A stretch of 64,000 nucleotides of DNA from Epiperipatus broadwayi. Lineage: Eukaryota; Animalia; Onychophora. The stretch lies in assembly GCA_028023455.1 (NCBI GenBank), contig JAQFVV010000009.1, positions 62,001 through 126,000 on the forward strand, written 5' to 3'. The translations under genes were made by a program, and so were the position numbers. The first letter of the stretch is position 1. Every line of letters begins with the position of its first letter. Below the pieces are notes generated by a model. That model had not been told where the DNA came from and searched no databases. It saw nothing but the letters and a program-made list of their open reading frames with translations. This document shows, piece after piece, positions 37,852 through 50,735 of the stretch.

Positions 37852-40492
37852 TTATTATTTACTTATTTAGCATTTGGATTTAGACAGTTTAATTATTAAC
37901 AAGATATCATAAAGAAATCTGTAGAGATTCCAGCCAGTAGGTAAATCCACTAATTATTGTTATAAAAATCAATCAGTCATTAACAAAGTGATTCAGTTTG
38001 TATATATCCACATTTAAGAAGATCAGAGGCTGATAAATTTTATTTATGAAGCCGATGAGCACAATACTCATGGATTATTTTGAATCTGCGGTTGAGACAC
38101 TAGTTGTATCTGAAAAAGAAATTTGTTTAAAATCTCATAAGAATTCCATTTTCTACATTATAAGATGGTGATCTTGATTTGAATAGTCCTAGGTGGTAAA
38201 ACTATATCTTAAGTTACTACTGGTAAGTTTGATATGCTTAGAAATTTTTTATACTTTTTCTGTAAGGCAATTTCTCTTCTGATATCTGGTGAAGATGTGA
38301 AAAAACAGGTATCATTTAAAAGGAGTGGACTTAAGAGTACAAATAATACTTTTCATAATAATATTTAATTGAATATCTAAAAGTTTAATGTGAGAACTTC
38401 TCCAAACAAGGGCACAATATTCATCAGCAAAATATACTAATATTAAGGAAGTTATCCATAAAGTACTGGAATCACAACCCCCAATATTGCCTACCAGTCA
38501 GCTTTCCAAGATTATTCCTAGAAATTTACTTTGATCCAACATTAGACAAATGAGGAAAATAGGACTATAATTCAAGATCACTCCTAATTAGCATGAGTAA
38601 GATATTTCCGACTACTACTATTGCAAAAGGCTACATTTAAATTATGAGATGATTCCCTATTGTTTAGATATACTATCATTAGATTAGGAATAAGATCACA
38701 ATTTTTGAAAAACATTTCAATTTTTTTATATCCTTATTAAGAGACCTTGCAATTTCAGAAAAGGATACGTATTTTGTGAAATCAATACAATATTGTCAAT
38801 AAAGATAAATTTCCTGTCTTCTGCATCTGGAAAATCACTAATGAATATATTAAATTTTAGTAGGTAAGAGAACTAAACTCTGTGAGAGTACGTTCTGCAA
38901 AAATTTTGTATCTACTATAATGATAATTAATTTCACTTTGAGTTTTTCTATTGGAAAGTATTTTGTCAAGTAAATTAATGGTTTTCTTACATTTAAGAAT
39001 TTTACAAACTTCTAAAAGATTATTTTTCCAAACAGAATCGTAAGCTGAGATTAGAGCAATAAAGATAGTGCCAGTTTTTAATTTATTTTGAAAGCTTTTT
39101 TTCAACGGAAGCTATTAAATATAAAACTTACTCACAATAGCTTCTTCCTGGCCTAAATCCAGCCCGTTCTCAGATATTGGTAAAATTCTTGTTAATATGA
39201 TTCTTTCAAAAAGCTTTATAGGGAACACATAATAATGATATTGGATAATTTATGATTATTGCTGACTGTTTGGTTTTAAAATTGCTAAAGTTTTGCTTGT
39301 ATGTCAAATTTTTGGAATACTTTAATTCTGCTAACCATGCTTTGATTTTAGGTCCTAATTTTTTTAGAAATTCTAGAAGTATGTTACATGCTCTTCTGGC
39401 TTTTCCTGATTTAAGATAATCAAAGGCAAGTTTGATTTCTCCAATATCTACAGGTTTTATCAGATTGCTATTATAAGAACTATGTAAAAGCGATGTCAGC
39501 AATTCTATTCTAATGACACTTTCCATCAATCTTGGATTTAGAAGTCTGGTATATAAGATTGACAACCTCATTTGCAATAATAACAAGAAATATTTTAGAA
39601 GTGTTTTTACATCCACCAAGTTTTCAACAGTAACCAGGCTTTACTACTAGATCATGTAATGTTTGGTTTCTCCATGATCTCTCTTCACTTTTCTGCTATC
39701 ATCCAGTTGTTTTGTAAATTTGTCAACAATTTCCAGATCTTTAGTAGATAGAAAGTGACTATAAAAAGCCCTTGTAGTTTTATTCCAACCTGGAATAAAT
39801 TCTTGGAATGAATTTTTTTTTTTGTTCAAGATATCCAGTATTGCTTTCAATTATATTTTCTTAAATTCCATCTCAATGTAGATTCCAAGACTAGATTTGT
39901 CACCTATGGAGGAAATGATCTAATATCACGTTTGGTAGATAATAGTGAACCACTTTATTCAAAACTAAATATAAATCAAGAGTTGTTTATGTTCAATATC
40001 TATCTGAATGGGTTGTTCCTCTTTGCTCAGCATCATTAAGTAAATACATATTGTTTAGTTCTATCCATTCTACAAACTGACAAACCTGCTTGGTCCCCAT
40101 TTACATAACTTCAAAGACTACTATGACAATTGGAAATCGCCTATAAATGCAGAAAATGTAGGAATATCTGAAAGCAGAGAAAAGGGCCAATTTGTATTGG
40201 GAAATTTGTAAATATTGCATACATAAAAATCATCTTATTCAAATGATGATTGTAATATCATGTGAATTATCTCAAATAAAAAATCATTGCTTTGCAAAAT
40301 AAATTGAAAAAAAAGTCCATATCGTGTATAAAATGAATTCTATCATAAATCAATATAAATCCAGAAATTTTAAGAACATATACATTATCAGAAGAACAAT
40401 GAGTCTATAATTACATCAACATTATATTGAACAGTCAATTTGTAGAGGATCTCCATTTTTTTATTTCGATTTATTCTCAATGTTAAGTTGAA
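37852..40492 (-). mobile_element. Second degenerate Ingi/Vingi-like LINE, 5'-truncated
   Basis: ORFs 38857-39105 (FIALISAYDSVW...LSNRK) and 39206-39619; collinear with 13643-16225; taaataagtaaataataat tail. Confidence 0.75.
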
Positions 40493-42534
40493 GGAATTTT
40501 ATAATTAGCTCTATTTAAATTAGCAACATATAATTAATTAGTATATTTTATTTTAAAAATCATATTTTAATTTAATTCAGTTTGCAATTTAGATCGCTAG
40601 ATTTCCTTGTTTACTAATTAGAAAAAAAAAATTTCATTGATGCTCAAATTATATAATTCATCTTTTGAATAATAATGATTTTAAATGTTCATCAAATAAT
40701 GACAAGCATGATGCCCAGTTTGCTAATCAAATTAATAGTACTTTTAATCTTTAAAATGATATCAATATATTTTATATTAAGATATAAAATTAAATAACAA
40801 TTAATCTTAGTAAGTTCTTATTGATCTTTAGTTTAACTATTTAATTGTTGGTGGAAAACAAAAGTTCGATTTTGGATAGTGAATATTTTGCACAACTAAA
40901 ACAGTAGTTAAATAAAATGTAGCATGAGAAGACTGGAGGAGTGCAGATAATCTCATTGTAATGAAGAAATTGGGTTGCTGTATAACAAATCAAATCTTTA
41001 TCTTTTAATGTTAAGAAAACCATTAATTTACTTGACAAAATACTTTCCAATAAAAAAACTCAAATGACATTAAATATCATTATAATAGATACAAAATGTT
41101 TGCAGAATGAACTTCCTAGGGTTTAGTTCTCTTACTTACTAAAATTTAATATATTCATTAATGACTGTGATTGTAATGAAGAAATTGGATAATGTTAAGA
41201 TGGTTTCTTTATTTTATTAACAAGAGAATGTGTAAAGTATAAGCCTTCATTTTATATAAATCTTGTAAAAAAAAAAAAATACACTTCTCTCTCAAAATAT
41301 ACACAGAACAGAGAAGATCAAATTTTCAACATGAGGACCTTTAATCATTCAGTTTACTCAAACTCAGAGAGTGCATTATTACATAAAACACAAGTTTATT
41401 TTGAAAATTCACTGTTCTAGATATTTTTCAAAATAACTATGATTTTAACATCAATTTCAGAAACCTCATTGTATAAGTGAGCAAAAGTTAATATGCTTCT
41501 TTTGAAAATATTAATCTAGTTGACAAATAATCAGAACAACAATTTGAGATGGTTTAAACTTCTTTTTAAATTTTCCTGAAATAGATTTAATGACTGAAGA
41601 ATTTAGCATTCATCTTTTTGAAAATGTTGCTTAAATTCTGATATTGTTAACAATCCATTAAATATACTATATAGGATTCAAAATAAAATGTTATAGAATA
41701 AATTTCTTCTGATATATTCCATTCATTCGATTAGCTGTTTCTTAGTGATTGAATAACTAAAAAATTCAAAAGATATATATTAGTTCCTTGTTAATTATAG
41801 ATCAACTAAAAGCTAAATGTGGTTATTTCTTATTTTGTTGCCTATTCTTTACTACATAATTATTTCACAACTAATATTAAAAAGATAAATCACAAAATGC
41901 CATTATTTCATAATTCTATTTAATTACTGCATCTCAGTTCTACTTTTAAACACAAAAGTATCATCCCAATATTTGATAATAATTACTTTAGCCAATATAA
42001 ATAAGGATTTATCACAATGATGTGAACTAAGTGAAGATACTGCCAAATGTATCTATAAATACATTTTATCATTTAATGTAATCTAATGTAGATAAAAAGC
42101 TTAGTTATATTTTGCATCTGTTTATTTTACTTATGAATATATCCATTAATCAGAAATTATTTTTCTTACTAAAAGAATTGCTTTTCAAATTCTGATTAAA
42201 CCTGAACTTAAAAGTTAAAAGATCTATTGACTTTAAAAGTAAATTCTCAAAATATCCAAAACTGATAAGAATTTTATTTGCATTTCTTTTCACACTCAGG
42301 TATTGAGTTGTAAATTTTTTGTTGCAATTATTTTTTTTCTCCACAAATTAAAATAAATTTCAGTTTATCTAGAAAACTAAATTATTAATGTAAATAATTC
42401 ACATTTTGAAAAGAAAATAATAAAATAATACAAAAGTATTAAAAATATAATTAATTCATTTAATCATTACATATATTTACACTATATTTACATGAAAATT
42501 AATTCTTTATTGTAGTGAATTAAAAATTTCTTAC

Positions 42535-42652
42535 TTGTTGGATGACCTTTACTAGATCCTTGAGAACTGGTCTTCTTCTCTTATTCGTGATAACGGCTGT
42601 AGTCAAGTACCGTAAAATGTGAGGGCACATTGTCTGAATAGCATTTAAATAA
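42535..42652 (-). CDS. EIF3E: eIF3 subunit E (INT6), internal coding exon (equivalent to human exon 8)
   Basis: Minus strand tttttag|T TAT TTA AAT...ATC CAA CAA|gtaaga; 118 nt encoding [39 protein letters not shown], matching eIF3e as I recall it ([24 protein letters not shown]...[11 protein letters not shown]). Confidence 0.97.
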
Positions 42653-43017
42653 CTAAAAATATATATAGTTTTGATTAAAAAACAATATATTTAAAATTAT
42701 GAGAACTACTGCCAATTCAAAATTTAAGGATATGTTTTTAGCTGACTTATATCAAAAGTAATTTTGCATGTTGTTTTCAAAGTAATAAATTTTAATATCA
42801 ACTCTTAAAAAACTATTTTCTTTTTGATAACAACTGAAGTCAATTACTGTAAGATATGAAGGACAATATCTAAATAACATTAAAATAACTAAAATTATAT
42901 AGTTTTGACAAAAAAAAAAATTACATTGAAAATTTTGAGAATAATAACTATTGCAAAATTTAAGGATATGTTTTTAATTGATTTATATCAAAAGTAATTT
43001 TACATGTTATTTTCAAA
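42588..43017. repeat. 237-bp-period duplication of the eIF3e acceptor region
   Basis: 42826-43017 is a decayed copy of 42588-42780, including the AG and the first ~65 nt of the exon. Confidence 0.8.
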
Positions 43018-43199
43018 CCAGTATGTAAATTTAAAAAGCAAACACTACAATTTTTTTTAAAAAAACCACTTTATTTCAATTTTTTTCATTTTTAGATAAC
43101 TATTTATTACTATCATGATTTTATATATCTATTAGAAAAAAAATTTCATTCACACACACATTCATTCTGCTTTATCAGGTAACTGAGAAGATTATGGTG

Positions 43200-46100
43200 T
43201 TTCTTGATCTTAAACTCAGAAGTAAAAAGCCAATAAACTTACCATGCTGGCAAATGCGTGTTGGTGAGCAGTCCATCCATGTTTGTATACCATATGAATA
43301 ATCACATAGTAATAATAGCTGCAACGATAACAATGTATGGGGTGGACATTAGGAATTTGCCCTACTCAGTTATTTTAAAGCCTTCAAGAGAAATCAAAGA
43401 GACTCGTTTCAGTTAACAGCAATCTCCTTTCTGCAGCCTATTTGATGACTTTTTATTTAGGTACTTACATCAGCAGATCAATGCCAAGGATAAAATCGAC
43501 CTAAAACAAACCCCCCAAGTAGTGTAAAAAATAACTTGCCCACAAGCAGGTTGTGATGTCACATACTATGGTGAAACTCAGGCTATTGTCAGCACTAGAG
43601 TGGCTCAACACACATACATATACAAAAGAGCACAGAATAAAAACGAAGACAGCTCAGTGCTCTTGGATCACCAAAAGGCTTCTGGCTACAGGTTCGAACT
43701 CAACAATGACAAGATTGTATGCTCTGTGAGAAATGATACTAAAAGAAAAATAAAAGCACATTTTATCGTGAACAACCCGAATGCCATCAATAGACGAAAT
43801 ACACGTTTTGCGATTTCAAAAAAATGGCCGAGTTAAATGATTTGCATCTAAAACAACTACTCTGTATCATTAACGGCAAAGGCTATGAATATGGGAGTTA
43901 ACATACCCCAAAAGCACTAAGCCATATATTATTATTATTTATTAGTTTAATAACTTCACCAATTTGCATTAAAGCACAAATATAATTATTATGAAAAAAG
44001 ATTGAAGAACTGGAAAAACTGTCTCATATTAAACGGGACATTATTGGACTTTGTGAAGTTAAAAGAAAAGGTGAAATGACAATTGATTTAAAAAGTGGAC
44101 ATGTACTCTACTACAAAGGCACAAATATTGGAGTACAAGAAGATTAGGATTCATTATAAATAAAAAGTGGACGAACAATATTGTAGAGATTGATGGTGTA
44201 TTTAACAAAGTGATAAGATTAGCTATTCAACTTAATAACAAATATCAAATGCAGATAATTCAGGATTATGCCCCAACAAGTTCTCATGGTGATGAAGTAG
44301 TAGAAGATTTTTATATTGATGTACAAAAGGCTTTTGATCACACTAAGCAACATTTTAAAATTGTTATGGGAGATTTTAATGCTGGAATTGGTAAACAAAT
44401 GAAAGATGAGTGCTGTATGTAAATTTGGTTATGGTACTAAAAATGAGAGAAAACATAGACTTATGGAGTTTGCAGAAAAAGAAAAACTTTATATTATGAA
44501 TTCTTTTTCCGAGAAAAATGTTAAAAAGAAATGGACATGGAAGCATCCAAATGGAGGTACAGCAGAATTGGATTATATTTTGACATATTTCAAGATTGTA
44601 ATGTCCTAGCAAATTCAACATAAGTCATGTTAATGCAAAACTAGAGAGACAAAAATTATTAAGAAAAACAATATTTACAGTTGATATTCCTAATCTTCAG
44701 AAACATTCTAATTAATTTAAATTAGAACTCGCAAATCATTTTCAAGTATAGATTTTGAACATGATTCAGATTTGAATGAAATTAATAAGAAAATAACTGA
44801 TGTACTTTGAAAAACTGCAACAAAGATAGCTGGTAAAAATAAGCAGCAATTGGCCAATATAATTTCTAATGAGACTAAAGAATTTATGAACAACAGAAGG
44901 AATGTGAAAATATATAAAAATGATGCATTAAGATGGTTTGAATATTTCGAATTTGTAAAATTGTGCGAAAAAGAGTTGATAATGATATAAGAAAGTATAA
45001 ATGTGAAGTACCCAAGGAAATCTGTAAAAGAGAGTAAAAGTCTCAAGAGTGTAAAACATTTTGCCATTGGTAGGAAACTTAGATTTGCAATAAATAAAAA
45101 AAATGGAATTATTACTAAAAAGAGAGATGACATCATGAAATGGGTAGAAGAGTTCTATCAAGAATTATATAGTAATAAAAAACAAGTACCTCCTACATCT
45201 ATTATATCTTCTGAATTGTCTAGGAATGAGGAAATGAGACATACAATTAAATTTATGAAGAAGGGAAAAGCTCCAGGTAATGATGGAATTATAATCGATA
45301 TATTAAAAGTAGATGAAGAAATAAAAAAAATTTTGACAAAGTTATATACCAAATGTTTAAATGAAAAAATTAAAATAAATAAATGATAAAGATGTACCAG
45401 ATGACTGGAAGAATGCAGTATTAATATTAATATTTAAAAAAGATGATAAAGAAAATTTTAGAAATTACAGACCTATTTATCAGTCTTCTATTAGTTTTAT
45501 ACAAAATTTCGACCAAGGTAATTACAATTCGTCTGCAGAGAACAATGGATTTCAACCAACCAAATGAACAAGCTGGATGTAAAAGTGGTTTTAATACAGT
45601 AGGTCAGATCCAAGTATTGAGAGAAGTTATAGAAAGGACCAATGAATATGAGTTGCCATTATGCTTTGGATTTGTAATTATGAAAAGGCATTTGATTCTA
45701 CAAGCATTTCATCAGTGATTAAAGCATTGGATCATCAAAGTATAGACCCAGGATACTGTCATATTCTGAAAAATATTTATAAAAATGCAACAGCAACAAT
45801 TAGATTACATAATACCAGAAAGGTTAACATTACGAAGGGTATAAGACAAGTTGAGTCCATATTTCCAAAACTTTTTACAGCAGTGCTGCAAGAACTATTT
45901 TGTGGATTAAAATGGGAAGTTAAAGAAGTAAAAGTAAATGGAGATTATTTAAATCATTTAGATTTTTGCAGATGATGTAAATATTTTTGCAAATAATGCT
46001 TTGGAGCTTCAGGAAATATTGCAAGAGCTACCAGATGAAAGCAAGAAAGTAGGACTAAAAGTAACTGTTAAAAAGACTAAAGTAATGTTCAATGGATTTT

Positions 46101-46570
46101 TTCAAAAGATGAAAATAAAGATTGATTATGATGAATTAGAAGAAATTAACAACTATAAATACCTTGGTCAGATTATTACTACAGATGGAAACATAATGAA
46201 TGCAATTAATCACAGAATTAAACTTGGTTGGAGTGCTTTTGATAGAAATAATTTAATATTAAAAGAAAATATGCCTATGTATTTGAATAGAAAGGTTTTT
46301 AATAAATGAGTTTTACCATTTCTTACTTATGGATCTGAGATTTGGATACTTAATAGAAAAGCAATACAAAGAGTTCAGACCATTCAGAAAGTATGGAGAG
46401 ATGCATGCTAGGAGTAACAAGAAAAGATCGAAAATACAATACATGGGCACTGACACTGTTGAAAGAATTAAAAGATTGAAGTGGAAAAGAGAGACTAGAG
46501 ATCAGAGAAGACAGATTAACTTGGGGAGACCATCCTACAGTGAAATGATAATGGTTGACGATAATGATTT
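43200..46570 (+). mobile_element. RTE-clade LINE (APE + RT), frameshifted, with inverted 5' segment
   Basis: ORF fragments with QDYAPTSSH, KIVMGDFNA, GKAPGNDG, YEKAFDS, GWSAF; 43200-43437 is the 5' UTR in inverted orientation; a PLE fragment is inserted at ~43490-43990. Confidence 0.92.
43490..43990 (+). mobile_element. Penelope-like GIY-YIG 3' fragment inserted in the RTE
   Basis: QVV*KITCPQAGCDVTYYGETQAIVSTRVAQH...KRKIKAHFIVNNPNAIN. Confidence 0.8.
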
Positions 46571-46957
46571 ATCACTAAAATACAAAAAAAATTATCTTTT
46601 TTTTAAATCTCTATTATACACATATATATATATACCTACATAGATACAAACATACATATACACAAATTTATATTTATACATACACATATAAATGAACACA
46701 GGGAATCATTAAACATTCACTAAGTTTAGCAAACAAACACTTATAGTTGCATTTATTATTACACAATAATCAGATCATTAGATGAATTTGATATTTGGAA
46801 TCTTTATAAGATAATTTTCTCACCTATCTTCAAATTTTCTATACTATATGTGATCAAATCATAAATGAAATATATCAGCAACTCTCCTACTTTTGGAGCA
46901 ACAATATATGAACAAGTATATAGAAGCATTAGGCACCCTTTAAAGAACTTCATCTTT

Positions 46958-49900
46958 CATCATCATCATCATCAACTATTAACCCACTGCAGGATAAAGG
47001 TCTCTCCAAGTTCAATCCATCTTTTCCGATCTTTAGCGCCTCTTGTCCACATCACCCTTGCACCCTTTATTTCATCCATCCATCTCACATGTGGTCTCTT
47101 TCTGGGTCTTTTACAATCTCTTGGAATCCGGTTTAAAATTTCAATTGTCCATCTATTATCATCTCTTCTAGCAATATGCCCAGCCCAACTCCACTTCAGA
47201 CTTTTAATTTTTTCAATGAAGTCAGTAACACCTGTTTGTTCTCTTACTCATACATTGCATTTTCGATCTCTTCTTGTTACTCCCAACATGCATCTCTCCA
47301 TACTTCTTCGAGTGGTTTGAAGTCTCTGTATTGGTCTTCTATTAAGTTCCAAGTCTCAGATCCATAACTAAGAACTGGCAAACACATTTATTAAAAACCT
47401 TCCTTTTCAAAAACATAGGCATATTTTCTTTTAATATCAAGTTATTTCTACCAAAAGCACACCAACCAAGTTTAATTCTATGATTAATTTCATCCATTAT
47501 GTTTCCATCTGTATTAATAATCTAACCAAGGTATTTGTAACTGTTAACTTCTAATTCATCATAATCAATCTTTATTTTCATATTTTGAGAAAATCTATTA
47601 AACATTACTATAGTCTTTTTAACATTTATCTTTAGTCCTACTTTCATCTGATAACTCCTGCAACTTTCCTGTAACTCTAAAGCATTATTTGCAAAACAAC
47701 TACATCATCTGCAAAATCTAAATGACTTAAATAATCTCCATTTACTTTCCCTCCTTTAGCTTCCCATTTTAATCCACAAAATACTTCTTTCAGCACTGCT
47801 GTAAAAAGTTTTGGATATGGAGTCACCCTGTCTTACACCCTTCTCAATGTTGACTTTCCGACTATCATTACGTAATCTAATTGTTGCTGTTGCATTTTTA
47901 TAAATATTCTTTAAAATATGACAATATCCTGGATCTATACCTTGATGATCCAATGCTTTAATCACTGAAGAAATATTTATAGAATCAAATGCCTTTTCAT
48001 AATCTACAAATCCCTAAGCATAATGGCAACTCATATTCATTTGTCCTTTCTATAACTTCTCTCAATACCTGAATATGATCTATTGTACTAAAACCACTTT
48101 TAAATCCAGCTTGTTCTCATGGTTGGTGGAAGTCCAGTGTTCTCTGTAGACGAGTTGTAATTATCTTAGTAAAAATTTTGTATGAAACTGATAAAAGACT
48201 GATAGGTCTGTAATTTCTAATATATTCTTTATCATCTTTTTTAAATATTAATATTAATACTGCATTCTTCCAATCATCTGGTACATCTTTATCATTTAGA
48301 CATTTGGAATATAACTTTGCTAAAAAAATTTCTATTTCATCTGCTTCTTTTAATATATCAATTATAATTCCATCATTTAGAGCCTTCCCTTTTTAAATCC
48401 AGCTTGTTCTCATGGTTGGTGGAAGTCCAGTGTTCTCTGTAGACGAGTTGTAATTATCTTAGTAAAAATTTTGTATAAAACTGATAAAAGACTGATAGGT
48501 CTGTAATTTCTAATATATTCTTTATCACCTTTTTTAAATATTAATATTAATACTGCATTCTTCCAATCATCTGGTACATCTTTATCATTTAGACATTTGG
48601 AATATAACTTTGCTAAAAAAATTTCTATTTCATCTGCTTCTTTTAATATATCAATTATAATTCCATCATTTAGAGCCTTCCCTTTTTAAATCCAGCTTGT
48701 TCTCATGGTTGGTGGAAGTCCAGTGTTCTCTGTAGACGAGTTGTAATTATCTTAGTAAAAATTTTGTATGAAACTGATAAAAGACTGATAGGTCTGTAAT
48801 TTCTAATATATTCTTTATCATCTTTTTTAAATATTAATATTAATACTGCATTCTTCCAATCATCTGGTACATCTTTATCATTTAGACATTTGGAATATAA
48901 CTTTGCTAAAAAAATTTCTATTTCATCTGCTTCTTTTAATATATCAATTATAATTCCATCATTTAGAGCCTTCCCTTTCTTTGTAAATTTAATTGCATGT
49001 CTCACTTCCTCATTCAAACTTCTGGGCAATTCAGAAGATATACTAGGTATAGGAGGTACATGTTCTTTATTACTATATAATTCTTGATAGAAGACTTCAA
49101 CACATTTCATGAATTCATCTCTCTTTTTAATAATAATGCCATCTTTTTTTCTTATTGGAGATATAAATTTCCTACCAATACCTAAATGTTGTTTTACACT
49201 CTTCAGACTTTTATTCTCTTCTACAGCTTTCCTTGCTAGTTCACAATTATACTTTCTTATATCAATTTTTCAACTCTTTTCCGCACCATTTTACAAAATT
49301 CGAGATATTCAATCCCTTTTAATGCATCATTGTTGCATATCCTCATATTTCTTTTCTTCATAAACTCTATAATCTCAGTAGAAATTTTATTGGTCAATTG
49401 CTGCTTTTTTCTACCAGCTATCTTTGTTGCAATTTTTAAAAGTGTATCAGTTATTTTCCTATTAATGTCATTCAAATCTGAATCATGTTCTAAATCTACT
49501 AATACTTGAAACCGATTTGTAAATTCTAATTTAAATTCATTAGAATGTTTCTGAAGATTAGGAATATCAACTGTAAATATAGTTTTTCTTAATAATTTTT
49601 GTCTTTCTAGTTTTGCATTAACATGTATCTTACATCTTACTAATCGATGATCACTTCCTGTGTTAAATTTATTAAGAACATTACAATCTTGAAATATGTA
49701 TTTTCTGTTAGTCAAAATATAATCCAATTCTGCTATACCTTCATGTGGATGCTTCCATGTCCATTTAACATTTTTCTCAAAAAAAGAATTCATAATATAA
49801 AGTTTTTCTTTTTCTGCAAACTCCACAAGTCTATGTCCTCTCTCATTTCTATTACCATAACCAAAATTACCTACAGCATTTTCATCTTTTATTTGTTTAC

Positions 49901-50735
49901 CAATTCTAGCATTAAAGTCTCCCATAACAATTTTAAAATGTTGTTTACTCTGATCAAAAGCCTTTTGTACATCCATATAAAAATATTCTACTACTTCATC
50001 ACTATGAGAACTTGTTGGGGCATAAACCTGAATTATCTGCATTTGGTATCTGCTATTAAGTTGTAAAACTAATCTTGCCACTCTGTCCGATACACCATCA
50101 ATCTCCACAATGTTATTCTTCCATTTTTTATTTATAATGAATCCTATTCCATTTTTATTTCCAATATGTGTGCCTTTATAGTAGAGTACATGTCCACTTT
50201 TTAAATCAATTATTTCTTCACCTTTTCTTCAAACTTCACAAAGTCCAATAATGTTCCATTTAATATAAGATAGTTCTTCTTCTAACTCTTGCAATCTTCC
50301 TTCACTTGAAAGTGATCTGCAGTTGTAAGTACCTAAATAAAAAGTCGTCATCAAATGACAGCCTGAGTTCACAATCGGGATTCTTAACAACCTCCGCCTT
50401 CAGCCACCAACCGCTGCCTTGGTTGGTGACTTTACAGCATCCTGGGAATAAGGGCCATGATTTATTTTTGTCTGTCATGATTGTATATATTGGAAAAATA
50501 TTCTTGAACTTGGAGGTAAAAAGCCAATAAACTCACCACGCTAGCTAATGCGTGTTGGTGAGTAGCCCATCCATGTTCATATACTATATGAATAATCACA
50601 TAGTAATAACAGCTGCAACAACAAGAACGTATGGAGTGGACATTAGGAATTTGCCCTGCTCGGTTCCTTCAAGGCCTTCAAGAGGAATCAAAGAGTCCCC
50701 TTTCAGTTAACAGCAAACTCCTTTCTGCATTATCA
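46958..50735 (-). mobile_element. Near-full-length RTE-clade LINE, frameshifted
   Basis: ORF 49257-50108 APE (QVYAPTS, GDFNARIG, GSDHRLV), ORFs 48703-49110 (NYRPISLL) and 47756-47965 (GVRQGD); (TGA)n 3' tail at 46958-46974; ~400-nt 5' UTR. Confidence 0.95.
48098..48978. repeat. 3 x 293-bp tandem repeat inside the RTE RT
   Basis: aaatccagc at 48102, 48395 and 48688; the middle copy has two substitutions. Confidence 0.95.

Noticed and set aside
13643-40492. Two Ingi-like direct repeats flanking two eIF3e exons as a deletion substrate
   Set aside because: The copies are heavily diverged, so ectopic recombination is unlikely.
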